A stretch of DNA of 64,000 nucleotides from Octopus vulgaris (lineage: Eukaryota): the NCBI GenBank assembly GCA_951406725.2, contig OX597814.1, forward strand, positions 67,456,001-67,520,000, read 5' to 3'. Made by a program: the position numbers and the translations under genes. Under the pieces are notes generated by a model that ran no database searches, was not told the origin of the DNA, and saw nothing but the letters and a program-made list of their open reading frames with translations. Of this stretch, positions 27,664 to 40,899 are shown one piece after another (the first letter of the stretch is position 1; the number at the start of each line of letters is the position of its first letter).

Positions 27664-29450
27664 CTAGCAGAGATACCCGGCTTTTCCCGTGTCACATGGA
27701 ATTGAAGAATTAGACTTTTATTTTATATTTTCTCTAAGGAAATGGAATAGCTGTGATTCAAATTTCATCAAAATTGCAGATTAAGAATTTCAATGAGGGT
27801 TCTTTCCTTCTTTACACATCCTAACAAAAATTCTAACCATGACATATTTACCCCAGATTTATGTCCAGATTCCAAAATCGAAATCTTATGAAACCTATTA
27901 AAAGGTTTTTACTCCTGAAAAATGTGGCACATGGGGCTTTAAAATGTGGAAGTTAAGGTCTCTATTGTGTGTGTGTGTGTGTGGGGGGGGACAGAGGCGT
28001 CTTAAAGTCAACCAGAGAAGTTGAATTGTTGGGAATCTTTTTTAACTTGTGTCTTATATCAATTGTTCAACTTTCTTTAAAATCGAAAATATATGAATGT
28101 TCACTGGGTTTGTAAAAGAGAGCAAAGCTACAGTAAACCAAGAGACGAATGATCACAATAAACAGTCAGCTACCCTACACTAGTCGTTACCACTCCCAAT
28201 GTAGGATTCCTCACCATACATGTGATGGGCAAAGCTGTAAGATGCGTTATGGATCTATAGCAATTGGAAGGGCGTAAACCAACTGAAATAAACATTAACA
28301 ACTGTGTGACGTGAGGGCTAATGGGAAAGGAAAGTGTCACCTCTGGAATTTGTCAATGATCACTATGCCGATAAGTAACTGGACAGCATAAATTTGCAAT
28401 CTATAAATCTCTTTGAATGACCAGTCACTTATCTGGGAAAGCCTTGAAATCAATGTTACCACCTGGGAACTATCTCTTACCCATTGATAATAAAAAGATT
28501 AAAAGGAGGTCAGCAACCAAATAACTTTACTCAAAATAATACTTGGAACTGAATCAATGGAGGCAAAGATGTCTCTCCTTTACTTTACAATTCATGCACC
28601 ACATTGCAGAAATCACAATCTAAGTATTGAATTATAAATAACGCTCATCTTGTATGCTCGGGTGACTCTACAGCTTCTAAGACTACAATTGTATTCGTAT
28701 TGACTTAGGAAAAATGACTAAATTGTAGGAGTTAAGCCCTGATTAGGGGGTCTTACTAACTCCTAAGAAGTTGAAATTTTAGGAATATTACATCATTTAA
28801 ATGGCGGTGCCCCAGCATGGCCACAGCTCGTGAGCTGAAACTAGAATCAATCAATCATTTGTGTCTAATATCTATGGTTAAAATTTCATCAAAAGCAAAA
28901 ATAGATGAATTTTCATTGGGGTTATGGCCTCATTTATGCCCCCCCCACTTTCAAACATATACTGCATTACATCTGTCCTTATGCATAGAATATAATTTCC
29001 AAATTTCATCAAGATCCGTTCAATAATTTTGAACTAGTTTTGGATCATAAAAAATTACTAAAATTTGGGAGTTAAGGCCCACATTAGGGGGTCTTCGAAT
29101 CCTCATGACAAGCGGAAACTTTGGGAATACTTCTTGGTGTGTGTCAATTACCTATGGTTGAAATTTCATCAACATCGGAAATTTATGAATTTTCTTGGGG
29201 TGTTCTTCCCCCTTTAAGCCCCCTCAAATTTAAACGAAACATACTGCATTATACTCGCCCTTATGCATTGAATCTAAGTTCCAAATATCATAAGAATCCA
29301 TCCAGTAATTTTGGTCCATGAAATTGTATGAAATACACAGCATTACTCTACTCCCTAGGCTTCGATTTTGTGTCCTAAATTTCGTTAGGATCGGTGCAGT
29401 AGTTTTCGAATCTATAAGTAACACAGGAACACACATAAAGACATAATAGA
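27664..29450 (-). mobile_element. Non-autonomous Helitron with internal ~300-bp subrepeats
   Basis: 5' A|TC start at 29450, 3' GC-rich hairpin then CTAG|T at 27664; subrepeats 28720-29035 and 29060-29320; possible helicase remnant near 28200-28650. Confidence 0.7.
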
Positions 29451-29662
29451 TATAAATATGCACATATACATGCATGTTTATGTGTGTGTGTGTATTATAA
29501 TATATATATATATATATATATATTATAATACACACACACACATAAACATGCATGTATATGTGCATATTTATATCTATTATATAAAAGTCAATGTCTTTAT
29601 GTGTGTTCCTGTGTTACTTATAGATTCGAAAAATTCTGCACCGATCCTAACGAAATTTGGGA

Positions 29663-29700
<38 letters not shown>

Positions 29701-30316
29701 TTAAAATGAGGGTGAGAAATTAGATATTAATTTAATTAACATCGATTTCACACCAGTGGTCTAGCATATAAAAACACTGAAGGTTCAGTAAAATTGTATT
29801 ATATACATATTAGAGGGAAACCACTATGTGGACACCCTTATGCTAGAAATAGATCCGCTATGGTCTTACCACTAAGAAATGTTCTCAAGAAAAATTTTGC
29901 AAAACAAAGCGTAATCGAGCAAGACAAAAGAAAAAGCAATAAAAATATGGATTATTCGCATACATGTTTCACTATTAACATATTACATAATTTTACTTAC
30001 ATAAATGTCCGTAGATCATCGGTGCGACCGTCCAGATGAATATAATTTGCAGGACTGCATACTAGGACGTCCGCCCAAAGCCAGACTTGTAGACAGTTCT
30101 ACCGATTTTTCCGGTAATTTAGCGCGCCAGAACGAGGACATTTGAAATAGTAACCAGGAGTCTAATGGGTAGCACTGCTTACAAGTCTGGCTTTGTGCGG
30201 ACGACCTAGTATGCAGTCCTGCAAATTATCTTCATCTGGACGGTCGCACCGATGATCTACGGACATTTACGTAAGTAAAATTACGTATATATATATATAT
30301 ATACATACATACATAC

Positions 30317-30417
<101 letters not shown>

Positions 30418-30429
30418 GTGGAGTAAGTA

Positions 30430-31246
30430 AGAAGAAAAAAGCGAATATGCACATTGAATATCAAAAATAAAAGGCATTTTTATGAAAAGTAGCGATAAAT
30501 AAATACGATTAAATGAACTGCGGTAGAATTAAGAGGAATTAAATTCATTACTTTGAATTGTTAAAGAGATTCAAAGTCAAACCGGTATCGGTTCACTGGC
30601 TTTGAATGCGCACCGATTATCAAACGGTGTCGGGTCTACTAGTCCTTGAGTAAAAAGATAGTATAAGGAATGTAAGTAGTTCTGGACGTGGTACAATTAG
30701 GATCGATATAATACTGTAATATGAATGGTGTATGGAATGTATGGGTGTTAGTGGTATTATTGGTAAGGTTAGTAGTGTTCTGTATTATGTTCTGTTCATG
30801 TTAAGTTGCGGATGATATTTATTGATGAAAGTTGCTTCTTTATTCATTCTTTACTGTACTGAAGTGTTCTGTGAACATTGATAGAAGGGGAAAATTAGGA
30901 AATTAGGATTAATGTTCCTAGCACACCTATCTATGTGTTCACAGACCTGTATCGGTCTGTATTATGGGTGATGATTTTTTCTTTGTGATATTCCTGTTTG
31001 GCCAATACACTGATTACAAGTAATGGCATAGATTAGGTTTCGCGAGGGACAGGTGAAATTTGATTTAATCTTAAATATTTCACCTTGTTTAAAGTGGAAC
31101 TCTATACCCTCCAAAAGGTGGGGGCATGTGCCACAGTTAGGCCGACCACAGTTTTCCACTCAGTTCATCTAATTTTATTTATTTATCGCTACTTTTCATA
31201 AAAAGCCTTTAGGTTTTTGATATTCAATGTGCATTTTTCTTTCTTC
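30430..31246 (-). mobile_element. Penelope-like GIY-YIG fragment bracketed by an inverted terminal repeat
   Basis: CGRPNCGTCP...FTCPSRNLIYAITCNQCIGQTG; 30430-30520 is the reverse complement of 31161-31246; decayed hammerhead at 30576-30627. Confidence 0.75.
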
Positions 31247-31264
31247 TTATACATACGTATAAGG

Positions 31265-31625
31265 CGCAGGCAGGCGTGACTATGTGGTAAGAAGCTTGCT
31301 TCCCAACCACATGGTTCCGGATTCAGTCTCACTGCATGGCATCTTCTACTATAGCCGCAGGACGACCAAAGACTTGTGAGTGAATTTGGTAGACGGAAAC
31401 TGAAAGAAGCCCATTGTATATGTATATATGTACATATATTTATGTGTTTGTCTTTGTGTCGGTCTTTGTTCCTCTACCATCGCTTGTCAACCGATGTCAG
31501 TGTGTCTATGTATCCGTAACCTAATGGTTCGGCAAAAGAGACAGATAGAATAAGTACTAGGCTTGCAAAGAATAAGAAGTGCTCCAGCATGGCTGTAGTC
31601 AAATGACCTAAACGTGTAAAAGAAT
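31265..31625 (+). mobile_element. SINE family A, near full length
   Basis: Head, body and tail all match the family. Confidence 0.85.
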
Positions 31626-31909
31626 AATGGAATATATATATAAGCGTGTATGTGCATCCGTAAGTGTGTGACTGTGTGTATATGCCCTTTTCATATTTGC
31701 GTTTTAAATGCATGCACGAACACCTGTATCCACATTTATGCTTATGTCACACAAATTAGCGATTCGAACCACCGATTTGATGATTAGCGATTAATAAAGT
31801 AAGTGTCGGTTTCAAAACATGAATGCTGACCTCGATATGACCAATATGACCACTTAAACTCTTTGTAAGTGCTGCACCTACACGCCTGCCTATAAGTCAA
31901 AGGATGATA

Positions 31910-32120
31910 TTGGTTTCAAATTTTGGCTCATGGCCGGTAGTTTAGGGGCTGGGGTAAGTCGATTACTTCGACCTTAGTGCTCAAATGATACCTATTTTAT
32001 TGAACCCGAAAGGATGAAGGGAAAATCGACCTCGGCGGAATTTGAGCTCAGAAAATAAAGACAGAGTAAATGCCGCTAAGTATTTTGCCTGGCGTGCTAA
32101 CGATTCTACCAGCTCGCCGT
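31910..32120 (-). mobile_element. SINE family C
   Basis: GGCGAGCTGGTAGAATCGTTAGCACGCC head; CATCCTTTCGGG body; other copies at 21585-21717, 40900-41335, 46010-46409. Confidence 0.8.
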
Positions 32121-32890
32121 TTGATTGAAAAAAATATGAAAGCAATTTGCAGGTAAGTTTGATGTAAAAGAATTCCTCAAAAGACTTCATTAAACTCATA
32201 TTGAACAATAGAATATTCTTTGGATCTTTTCTGCTTGGCTGCCATTTTTCATTTTCTTCAATTTTTGTTCCAATTGATTTCATGTTTGGCGAATTGGTGA
32301 AGTTTTGTAAAGTAAACTTTGACATGAAATTCTGTTTTGCCATAAATCAATAAAAAAGTGTTAATAGCTTTTAAAGTTTACAGATTTGGGTAATTTTAGT
32401 CAGTCGAAAGCCACAGACATATAGGTTTCTGTTTCCATAGTAACAAACCAAACTGTGACTAAGCTGCTTACAACGTGTTCGTTTTGTCGCTTTTTAAATG
32501 CATAAATCACATGCGGTAGATATGCGATTAAATAATAGCTAAATAGGCCTTAAATCACGCGTGTAGAATAGAAATCCGCAAAACTTACTGAAAATTTCAA
32601 AAAATTAAAAAGTTACGAGGGGCTATATGACGTGCGTAAGGCAGAGTTTCGCAATATTTCATTTGTTTACAGTATAGACGATACGTGCTGTCACGCACAA
32701 AATGACAGGTTCCTAATCCCGTATTCTGACTGGGTAAAAATGATCTTTAAATCTCTGTAACTTTTTTTTTTAATTCTGGGGAAAGTGAAGTATCTCTTCA
32801 GTGTGGAAAATTACACCAATACACAAAATTTTAAAATTTTCACTAAAGTTTAAAAGGTTCCTATTTAAATTCATTTCTCCTACCTTGCAG

Positions 32891-32968
32891 TAGTTGAACC
32901 GAAAGAAAGACCAACCCATGCATTGCGTAATATAATACTCGCTCACAAAAAAGAAATGGACATTCCAG
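32891..32968 (+). CDS. Host gene cassette exon (78 nt, phase 1-1): VVEPKERPTHALRNIILAHKKEMDIP
   Basis: ccttgcag|TAGTT...ATTCCAG|gtaagg. Confidence 0.75.
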
Positions 32969-33039
32969 GTAAGGATTTTCAAACATCATGTCTCCAATTT
33001 CTATAATCAACAGAAATTAACCAAAGTAATAGAAAAGAT

Positions 33040-36000
33040 GTTTTGCAAACAACTTGCACATGCAAGTACTGGAAGTCGAAAGCTCCGCATACTGGAAGCC
33101 AGCAAGTGTATGGGGTCATCAGGAGAGAATGCGTGCCGTTTCGGAGCCTATCTCTCGACGGCAACATTGCGCACCGGCCCCACCTCTCCTCTTAAAATGA
33201 TCAACTGCTAGATCAACTGGTTATCAGATATAGCTCAGTATTCTTCTAGCTTCGCTCATCGTCTCTTTTAACCAAATCTAGGGGCTTGCCTTTTCCACTG
33301 TAGTTTGGCTATCACTCATGGTGTTATTTGCTTTACGATGAGTTAGGCCTAACGATAACAACAGTCGCCTCACTCTGTGTCCAACGAATCCTCTACATCA
33401 GACTTCGATTGAAAAATGTTCCGCTTTCCAGCCTGCGTCTTCACATTCCACGAGGTTTACATAACCGTCAATCTTTCGAGCCCGTCCATGTTATCTTTAT
33501 GAGGAACCCTTAACTCGACTAGATTTACTACTTTCTTTCACACGATATTATGATATCCGGTTTCTTCGTAACTGGGATAGGAAAGAATCCATGGTAAATC
33601 TGCAGCCACTTCCCAATAGCCGTTCCACTCTTCATCGCTCATAGGAAGTTTCTTCTTCTTGAAACGGGTCTGCTGTCCTGAGCGCACGTAGGTATTGAAA
33701 TTTCTGGTTGCTTCTTTCAATGGTTTTTTTTGCCACTGTTGATGAGAATAATTTGGTTCTTTATAACATGGAGTATAACCTCATGGACTAGATTGTGTCT
33801 CCATGTATATCTATTCAATGCCAGTGAACAGCTGGAAAGAATATGTTTCGGTGTTTCGACTTTTCCGCATCTGCATATACCATTTTCTGAGACGTTCCAT
33901 CTAACTAGATTTGTAAGCGATGGCAAGATATCGTAGGCTGAACGAATCAGAAAACTTACCCGTGATGTAGTCCACCTCCATATCTTATTCCAACTTATTT
34001 TTCTCTCACCAACGTGTTCCTCCCATTTTGCCATTTGTCCTTGTTGAGCGCATTGGATTAAATGAAGCTCTCTTCTCTCTGTTACCCTTGCTTTGAAGTT
34101 GTTGCTAACAGATCTGCGTTCGCTCCGAATCATGCTTACAAATGGTTTGAACCGATTTGTGTTGCACCCACCATATCTTGATGTGTAAGTGAAAACAGGA
34201 TGTCATTAGTCTCTGCTTCTGCTTTCCACTTCCTGGCTGTTTTTACATCTAGTGGATTACGCCTGATTTCTGTATCCTCAGTATCATCACCATTTGTACC
34301 TTTCTTAGTTTAAAATTTTCGACTATTGATGCCAGAGGTATCTGCAATGAGCCTCTTTTACGATAGAGCTGAACTGTTCAATATCCGAGATAGGCCTTGC
34401 ACTTACTAATGAACACATTATACTTTTGTTCAATGATTTGAACTCGTGACAATGCCGCTTCGTATATTAGAATTGGCCACGAAAGGCACGGATACAAGCC
34501 GAACTGTAAGCACCATATTTGATATTTATCTGGTAGCTTTGAGCTATCAATTGTTGATAACCCATCTTCGACTTGTTTCATAGTTTGCATCCCGCGACTC
34601 CTATCTGACAATACACGCCCCAAGCTCTTTACGGGTTCTTCCTTGACCGTTAGAATGCTTTCTTCAGTTATTTTACAGTTAACTTCTTTTTGCACTCCCT
34701 TAATAAACGTCAGACTACGCGACGTTTTTGCCCTGAATTGCATCCTTCACCACTTCACAAGCTCGTCTAGCCTCAAGATAGCACTCTTTTTGGTTTGCTT
34801 GTCTGTCGACAGAAGTGTTACGTCATACATGAAGGCCTTCTTAGGTGATTATACATGGGCGATTTGTTCTGAAAGGTCCGCTGCTTTCAAAATCATTTCC
34901 ATGACAAAGATAAACTACATGACATATTGTATAGCCAGTAGCAATGCCAATGTCCAATCGGTGCTAATCTGTTGTAAAATTTCCAGCTGTAAGCCTCATC
35001 TCGAGACTTTCATAGTATACCCTCATTAATCTTGCTACTTTCTTCGGAATGTGGAAGTGGTCCATGGCTGTCATCAGTAATTCGTGTGGAACTGAGCAAT
35101 ATACATTAGTTAGATCAAGCCATACCATGTTAAGACTTGTCTTATTCTGTTTGGCACCTTGGATTGCTTTCCAAATCGAAAAACAATGCTCAACGCATCC
35201 AGGGATGCGTTGAGCAGGATTCCAGCCTTTTGAACAGATTCATCAACATATCCATTACTATGTAGATATGCCACTGTTCTTGAGAGAAGTCCCATAAAGA
35301 TCTTGCTTTCAAAATTCAATAAGGATATCGGCCTAAACTGTTTTATAGTCTCTGCATTGGCCTCCTTCGGCAGGTATATGCCTTCTGCTTTACACCAATC
35401 CTCTGCTAGAATTTCTTCGTGCCACAGCTCCCGAAGAAGGACAGACGCCAGGGGCACTCTGTTTTAGCTTTTCTCACAAAATCATTCACTTCTTTCACCA
35501 TGATGTCCCCAACTTGAAATTCGATATCAGGTTCTAAGAGATCAGTGTTTGATTATGGTTGAAATCGCTGTAGGTTTTCTTGATATAAGCGATCAGTTCT
35601 TTTGTACACGATAAAGTTCTACTCTTCGGTTCAGTGAAGAGCTTCATATCTCATACCCGATACGAGTTCTTCAGAAACTGTTCACAAGTCCTTTTGCCTT
35701 CCTTCTCTCTTACTGGCGAATATGCTGTTGCACATAACGACATTTCTTTTTCAAATCTTCGTACTGTTACGCGAGGCCAGGTTTTTCGTTTTCCTCAGTA
35801 CATTTCCCTTGCTTTGTTAGGCTGTTCTTTTCCTTCCTCAACTGTTTCATTTTCCTGATCCTCCTGCTTGGTCCACACTTTCCTTTCGCTAATCGGATAC
35901 CATCTTTCACTCCAAATAATTCCTTTCCTGTATCGTATATTGAGCTTGATAACTTTTCTAGTTTTTCCACTGTGGATCCTGTCATTCTATAAAGAGCTTG

Positions 36001-36755
36001 ACATACCTTGTTCTTTATATTTTCCTTTCTCATTAGCAGCAGGCCACAGGACCTTCGGTTTCCTCCGAGTTCTATCTGATGCATCAGTCTCATAACCTGC
36101 AGTTTCTTATCGGGAAGAGAACTTTACTGTAGCATTAATCAATCAGCTGTGGTTTGAGTCCGGGGATGATTTGCCCCGTATTTTACAATCAGATGATCCA
36201 CACTGCTCTGTCCTCTTCTTACAAGTTTTTCCCTGATGTACCTTCAGACATCTCACGTTTGCAAAGGTCCTACAGCAAGCTTGCATCCAAAATTGCTTGC
36301 ACTTCGTTCGTTGTTCGAAGAAATAGCCGTATTCAGGTCCAAGGTCATTTCCATGTTAACTGGGTTCGATTGATTCTCGACTCCCACCTCTTGGTCAATC
36401 ATGGGGCTGTCATTCTCATTGGTAGTTGTTATAATATGTTACAGAAGCGAGGATTGTAAGTCCGCAGCCACTTTCGTGGCGTTGATATTGCCAGCTCGTC
36501 TTTACGAGCAGTCCTCTTGTCTTTCTAGGATGTCTAACTGTACTTCCGGTACGTCTTAGTTGTTTTGCAAATAACTTGCACATGCAAGTGCTACCAGTCG
36601 AAAGCTCCGCATACCGGAGGATAGCAAGTGTATGGAGTCATCAGGAGAGTATGTGCGCCGTTTCAGGGCCTACTTGTCGACGGCATCATTGTGCACCGGC
36701 CCCACTCACTGAAATGAGGCCCCGCTTGCTAGATCAACTGGTTATCAGATATAGC
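33040..36755 (-). mobile_element. Near full-length decayed Hero/R2-group non-LTR retrotransposon with terminal direct repeats
   Basis: N-terminal zinc finger (RTFANVRCLKVHQGKTC), RT (EGIYLPKE..QFRPISLLN, VQKAGI, AFMYDV), CCHC (CRCGKVETPKHILSSC..RYTWRHN), REL (KPDII..VEL.VP, EV.CRGF); 33040-33234 repeats at 36562-36755. Confidence 0.88.
33080..33162 (-). ncRNA. Non-circularly permuted hammerhead-like motif in LINE 3' UTR
   Basis: GCCG-TC-GAGAG...AGGCTCC-GAAA-CGGC...CTCTC-CTGATGA...GGAGCTT; all three stems can pair. Confidence 0.55.
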
Positions 36756-37278
36756 AATAATGAAAGCAATTGTCTTGAACATATACAACGCAAATATAAG
36801 ACCTCGACAACACACACGTTATCAAAGAAAAATGAACATTTCCATCATGATGTATAACAAATTTTAAAACTCAGGCAGAAAGCCTAATTCAGCCACACCA
36901 AACATGTCTATTACAAAAATATGAAAATGTTTTGATTGTGTAGAGTGGAATACATAACGTGCATACATACATAGGATTTATTTATAAGTTGTTTATAATT
37001 TTAACCCTAAAGGTATTTTGATATACTGTCACATTTTTTGATGGAATTTTTTTCTGTAAAAAAACTTCATCCTATATTAGTAGTAGACTTATTACTACTC
37101 GCTATAGGGACTGGTAACCACTATAAGCTGTAGTGGAGAACAGTTCACACGTGTTCTGAGGCTGACCAAAGGATTCTATTTTTAGATATATCTGGGGTAC
37201 TTATATGTACTCGTGATTTTTGCTTCGTTTTTTTTTTCCATGGGCGCATGTAAGTATCTTATTTATGTCTTTTCGTAT

Positions 37279-37340
37279 TTTCTACTGAAGAGGAAAAAAT
37301 CTATTATGAGATTAATTCCGAAATTGATTCAATATAGAAA
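37279..37340 (+). ncRNA. Fully canonical type I hammerhead ribozyme
   Basis: TTTCTA-CTGAAGA-GGAA...TTCC-GAA-ATTG-ATT-CAAT-A-TAGAAA; intact core and three stems. Confidence 0.75.
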
Positions 37341-37621
37341 TAACGAACTTTTTAAAAAAATTCTATTGGCTGGCTTTCCTCGTTTTCAGCTCTACGTGTT
37401 TTCTGTAGCGAGTAAATAATATGTGGAAATTGACGATTTAAATGTCTGTTACCAGTATATTGGCATAGAAATAATTTTCTTTAGCCCTTATTTATAAGTT
37501 GTATATATATATATATATTGGTAAAAACGGTAAGATAGCAAAAGAAAGAAAGAGACCTCAATATTATGTAAATAGAGGAAATTTATCTGTAAAATAATAT
37601 GTGACAATTATTCAATAGCCA

Positions 37622-37682
37622 AGATAAAACTGAGTTTCGGATGCCGAGGTGGAAATCCACAACCCCATCTCTTCGGTTATCT
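37622..37682 (-). ncRNA. Type I hammerhead-like motif
   Basis: AGATAA-CCGAAGA-GATG...CATC-C-GAAACTCAGTT-TTATCT. Confidence 0.55.
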
Positions 37683-37699
37683 GGCCATCCATACATACA

Positions 37700-38830
37700 C
37701 ACATGCATATATAGTTGAAATTTATAGAAAAACAAAAGACGAAGACAGGCGAATGAACAACAAACAAGTGTATTAGTTTGACCTTTGGGAAAAATGTAAA
37801 AGTCTTTTACGTTTCGAGCCTACGCTCTTCATCAGAAAGGAATAAGAGGAAATAAACAGAAAGAGAATGGAAGAAAAACCTGTAGGGCTCAGTAGTCCAG
37901 CATGTCGAATAACTGGAAAAAAGAGGTTGAAAGAAAGGGAGATAATAATAAACAAAGCTGTTGAATGAAAGGTAGATAATAATAGTGCTAGTTATCCCAA
38001 GAGAAACCGTGCGTGCGGGTGTGTGAATGTGGGAACGGTGTATGAGAGTGTGTAAGTGTGTATATGTGAATAAGTGCGAGTGGCTCTGACGTGTGCGCGT
38101 GCGTGTGTAACGTGTGTATGTATGTGTGTGGGTGGTGTGTGGTTTGTGTACTGAGTTAAAAAATGTGTTTGGCTGCTCATGTAGTGGTATGTGTGGGGAC
38201 ACTATTGAAGATGGTGTGTGGGTGTGTGGATAATGGTGTGTGGTGTGGGTGCTGAGAAGTGGTCAATGCTATTGTGTGTGTGGAGTGGTGTGGGGTTGGT
38301 TTCAAATGAGAAGAGAAAGTGAGGTTGGTATCAGACGAAGAGAGGCAGTGTGGCGAGCCATGTAGCGCAAAGGGATGAAGAGAGAAGATTGTTTACGGCG
38401 AAGGCAGGAGTCCGAGTGGTCCCTGTGCAAAGATAATCCAAACAGGCAGATGTTATAGCGAATGACTGTTAGAGCGGAAATGGCGCGAGCCCGGGGTGTC
38501 ATTGCCAAATCTGATATCTCGGTGTTCCGCGAACCGGTCAGCCAAGCGGCGTCCGTTTGACCAATGTATAGGGGAGGACAGAGAGAGAGAGTGAGAGAGA
38601 GAGAGAAAGAGAGAGCAAGAGATGCAGTAAATATTACTAGAAGTGCAAGTAAAGGAGTCGGTGACGTGATAAAGACGGTGGTGGATGCATGTGAGTATGG
38701 TGGTGTTAGAGCAGTAGGGGCATGTGCGACAGCGTTGGCCGGAACAGGGGAACGAGCCAGGCTGTGAGGTGAGGCTAGGGAAGAAACTAGACCAGGAGAT
38801 CATGCAGGTTATGGGCTCATTTGAAGGAGA
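37700..38830 (-). mobile_element. Penelope-like element 3' part (GIY-YIG remnant + pLTR)
   Basis: PGSFPCSGQRCRTCP..FTCTSSNIYCISC..GRRLADRFAEH; terminal hammerhead at 37804-37839. Confidence 0.8.
37804..37839 (-). ncRNA. Minimal type I hammerhead with intact core
   Basis: CTTT-CTGATGA-AGAGCGTAGGCTC-GAAACGTA-AAAG. Confidence 0.75.
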
Positions 38831-39089
38831 TGCATCTATAATTGACTACACGTAGTCAATATACGTATTTTGCTTGCTCGCTGATTCGCAGCCCTATAGC
38901 GCTTTGGGGACGAGTCCCTCTTAGAGCTGGGTCGTTGACTAATTATTGAGACCTATAAAGGAATAAAATATCATTTTATTGCCCAATGTCTTTAGTTAAG
39001 GTGGAAACATCTTCACGTAAACTTCATAAAACATGCTGCACAGTAGAAAATATTAAAATTTTTTTATTTCATGCACGTCTTTCTTATAG

Positions 39090-39167
39090 AAACTGAGTTG
39101 AAATTAAAACAAGAAACTGGGCACCCTTATAGAGATTTCATTCGAAAGCTAGAAGCAGAGATTCCAG
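39090..39167 (+). CDS. Host gene cassette exon (78 nt, phase 1-1): ETELKLKQETGHPYRDFIRKLEAEIP
   Basis: tttcttatag|AAACT...ATTCCAG|gtaaga. Confidence 0.8.
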
Positions 39168-39974
39168 GTAAGAATTTCTAAAGCTTTTATAATTTTAATT
39201 TTTTAAAAAGAATTAGCGTGATCAAAATGGTCGATTCAACCCTTCAAGGTGGCGCACCAGCTTGTGACTGATCAGTTACTGAAACCAGTAGAAAAACCAA
39301 AGTAATAACAATCTACAGCTAAGTATCTTTGATGTCTTTGATGTACATGTGATTTGAAAAAATAAGCCTCTTTCGTAGAGTTTTTGGCATCCATACTGAT
39401 ATTGAAAGTGATTTAAGAAGTTTCCGTTATTCTGAGAAAATTGCCGAGATTATTATAGATTTGCTTGAATAACAAAATGAGGTAAATACCTGACTACACG
39501 ATCTAAGTAATATGTTTAGCAAACTCTATAGCTTTGTTGAGTTAGCTAGGAGCAATCCAAGCGTAATAATTCTAGATAATAAATTGAATGAATTTAGTGA
39601 TCAAAGTGAGAAACAGAGCCGAACCAGTTAATATAATTTTGAATAATTTTATAAAGATAAAGTTGTACATATTGTCTACATTTACGTTCATGTACTGTAA
39701 CTTGCTTTTCGACAACTAGATAACAATAAAAAAAAAACTGCCAGAATTTAAAAGAAATTTGTACTGTGATCAAATTCTTGAAGTCGTGTCTCAGCTTGGC
39801 CAATATCTACTGATTAAAACTAGTAAAGTATAAAATAATATTTAATATTAATATTTAATGCTTTTGATAAGTGCCATTCATGCAAATATTTTCAAGAAGG
39901 AAGAATAAGTAAAAGTATTTAAATATTGGTCAACATTAAAATTTTAAAATGTTTCATCTGCTTTCTTTTTGCAG

Positions 39975-40037
39975 AATATCAAAGTAAGGCACCAATTCAT
40001 GTAGTACCCCTTCGCAAAGAAGAAATGGAAACTCCCG
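39975..40037 (+). CDS. Host gene cassette exon (63 nt, phase 1-1): EYQSKAPIHVVPLRKEEMETP
   Basis: tttttgcag|AATAT...ACTCCCG|gtatga; paralog of 43275-43349. Confidence 0.8.
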
Positions 40038-40208
40038 GTATGAAATATATATATTTTTATGTACGTGTGTGTGTGAGCGTATGTATATTAATAAACACAC
40101 ACACATAAACATATATATATATTAGTGAGTAGACAAACGAAAGAAGAGCACTCAATACATTTATTGGGAGCTATATGTATTGATCAAAACGTTTTGATTC
40201 AGTCTCCT

Positions 40209-40248
40209 TGGTACTCTGAGTTTCAAGCGTGTCGCTAGTCGTCGGCCA
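40209..40248 (-). ncRNA. Minimal hammerhead motif; decayed inverted partner at 40701-40740
   Basis: TGG-CCGACGA-CTAGCGACACGCTT-GAA-ACTC-A-GAGT-A-CCA. Confidence 0.55.
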
Positions 40249-40785
40249 TTAGAGTCTGCATGAGAATTCAATTGAAGAGAGCAATGTTTACTGCTGCACA
40301 TTAGCCTGAAATTGTGTATGTGTGTGTGTGTGTGTATGTGTATATGTGTGTGTGTGTATATGTGTGCTCGCGCGCGGATGTATGAATGTACATCTATGCA
40401 CACACACACTCGAATAAGTACGGATGCATACACGTAGATATATGGGCATAACCACGTGCACATATATACATATATACTCCCACATCCCCCGCCCCTTCCT
40501 ACTTCCCCACCTCACGATCGATTTCCTGTCCACCACGTGGTGAATTTCCTATTCAACATGCGGTATTTTCAAGTAATTGCTGTCGCTGATTTTACCAGCA
40601 TCAAACTGCGACACCGCGTGACATTAATCGACCAATCGCTAGATAGCGTCCAATAGTAAGAATTGACGCTCTTGAATCGAACTCTCATTCAGATTTCAAT
40701 TGCCGAAGACTGGCGTCACGCTTGGAACTCAGAGTGCCAAAGAGTTTGAATCAAACTATTTTGATCCATCCATAAATACACACAC

Positions 40786-40886
<101 letters not shown>

Positions 40887-40899
40887 TTTAATAATCTGT

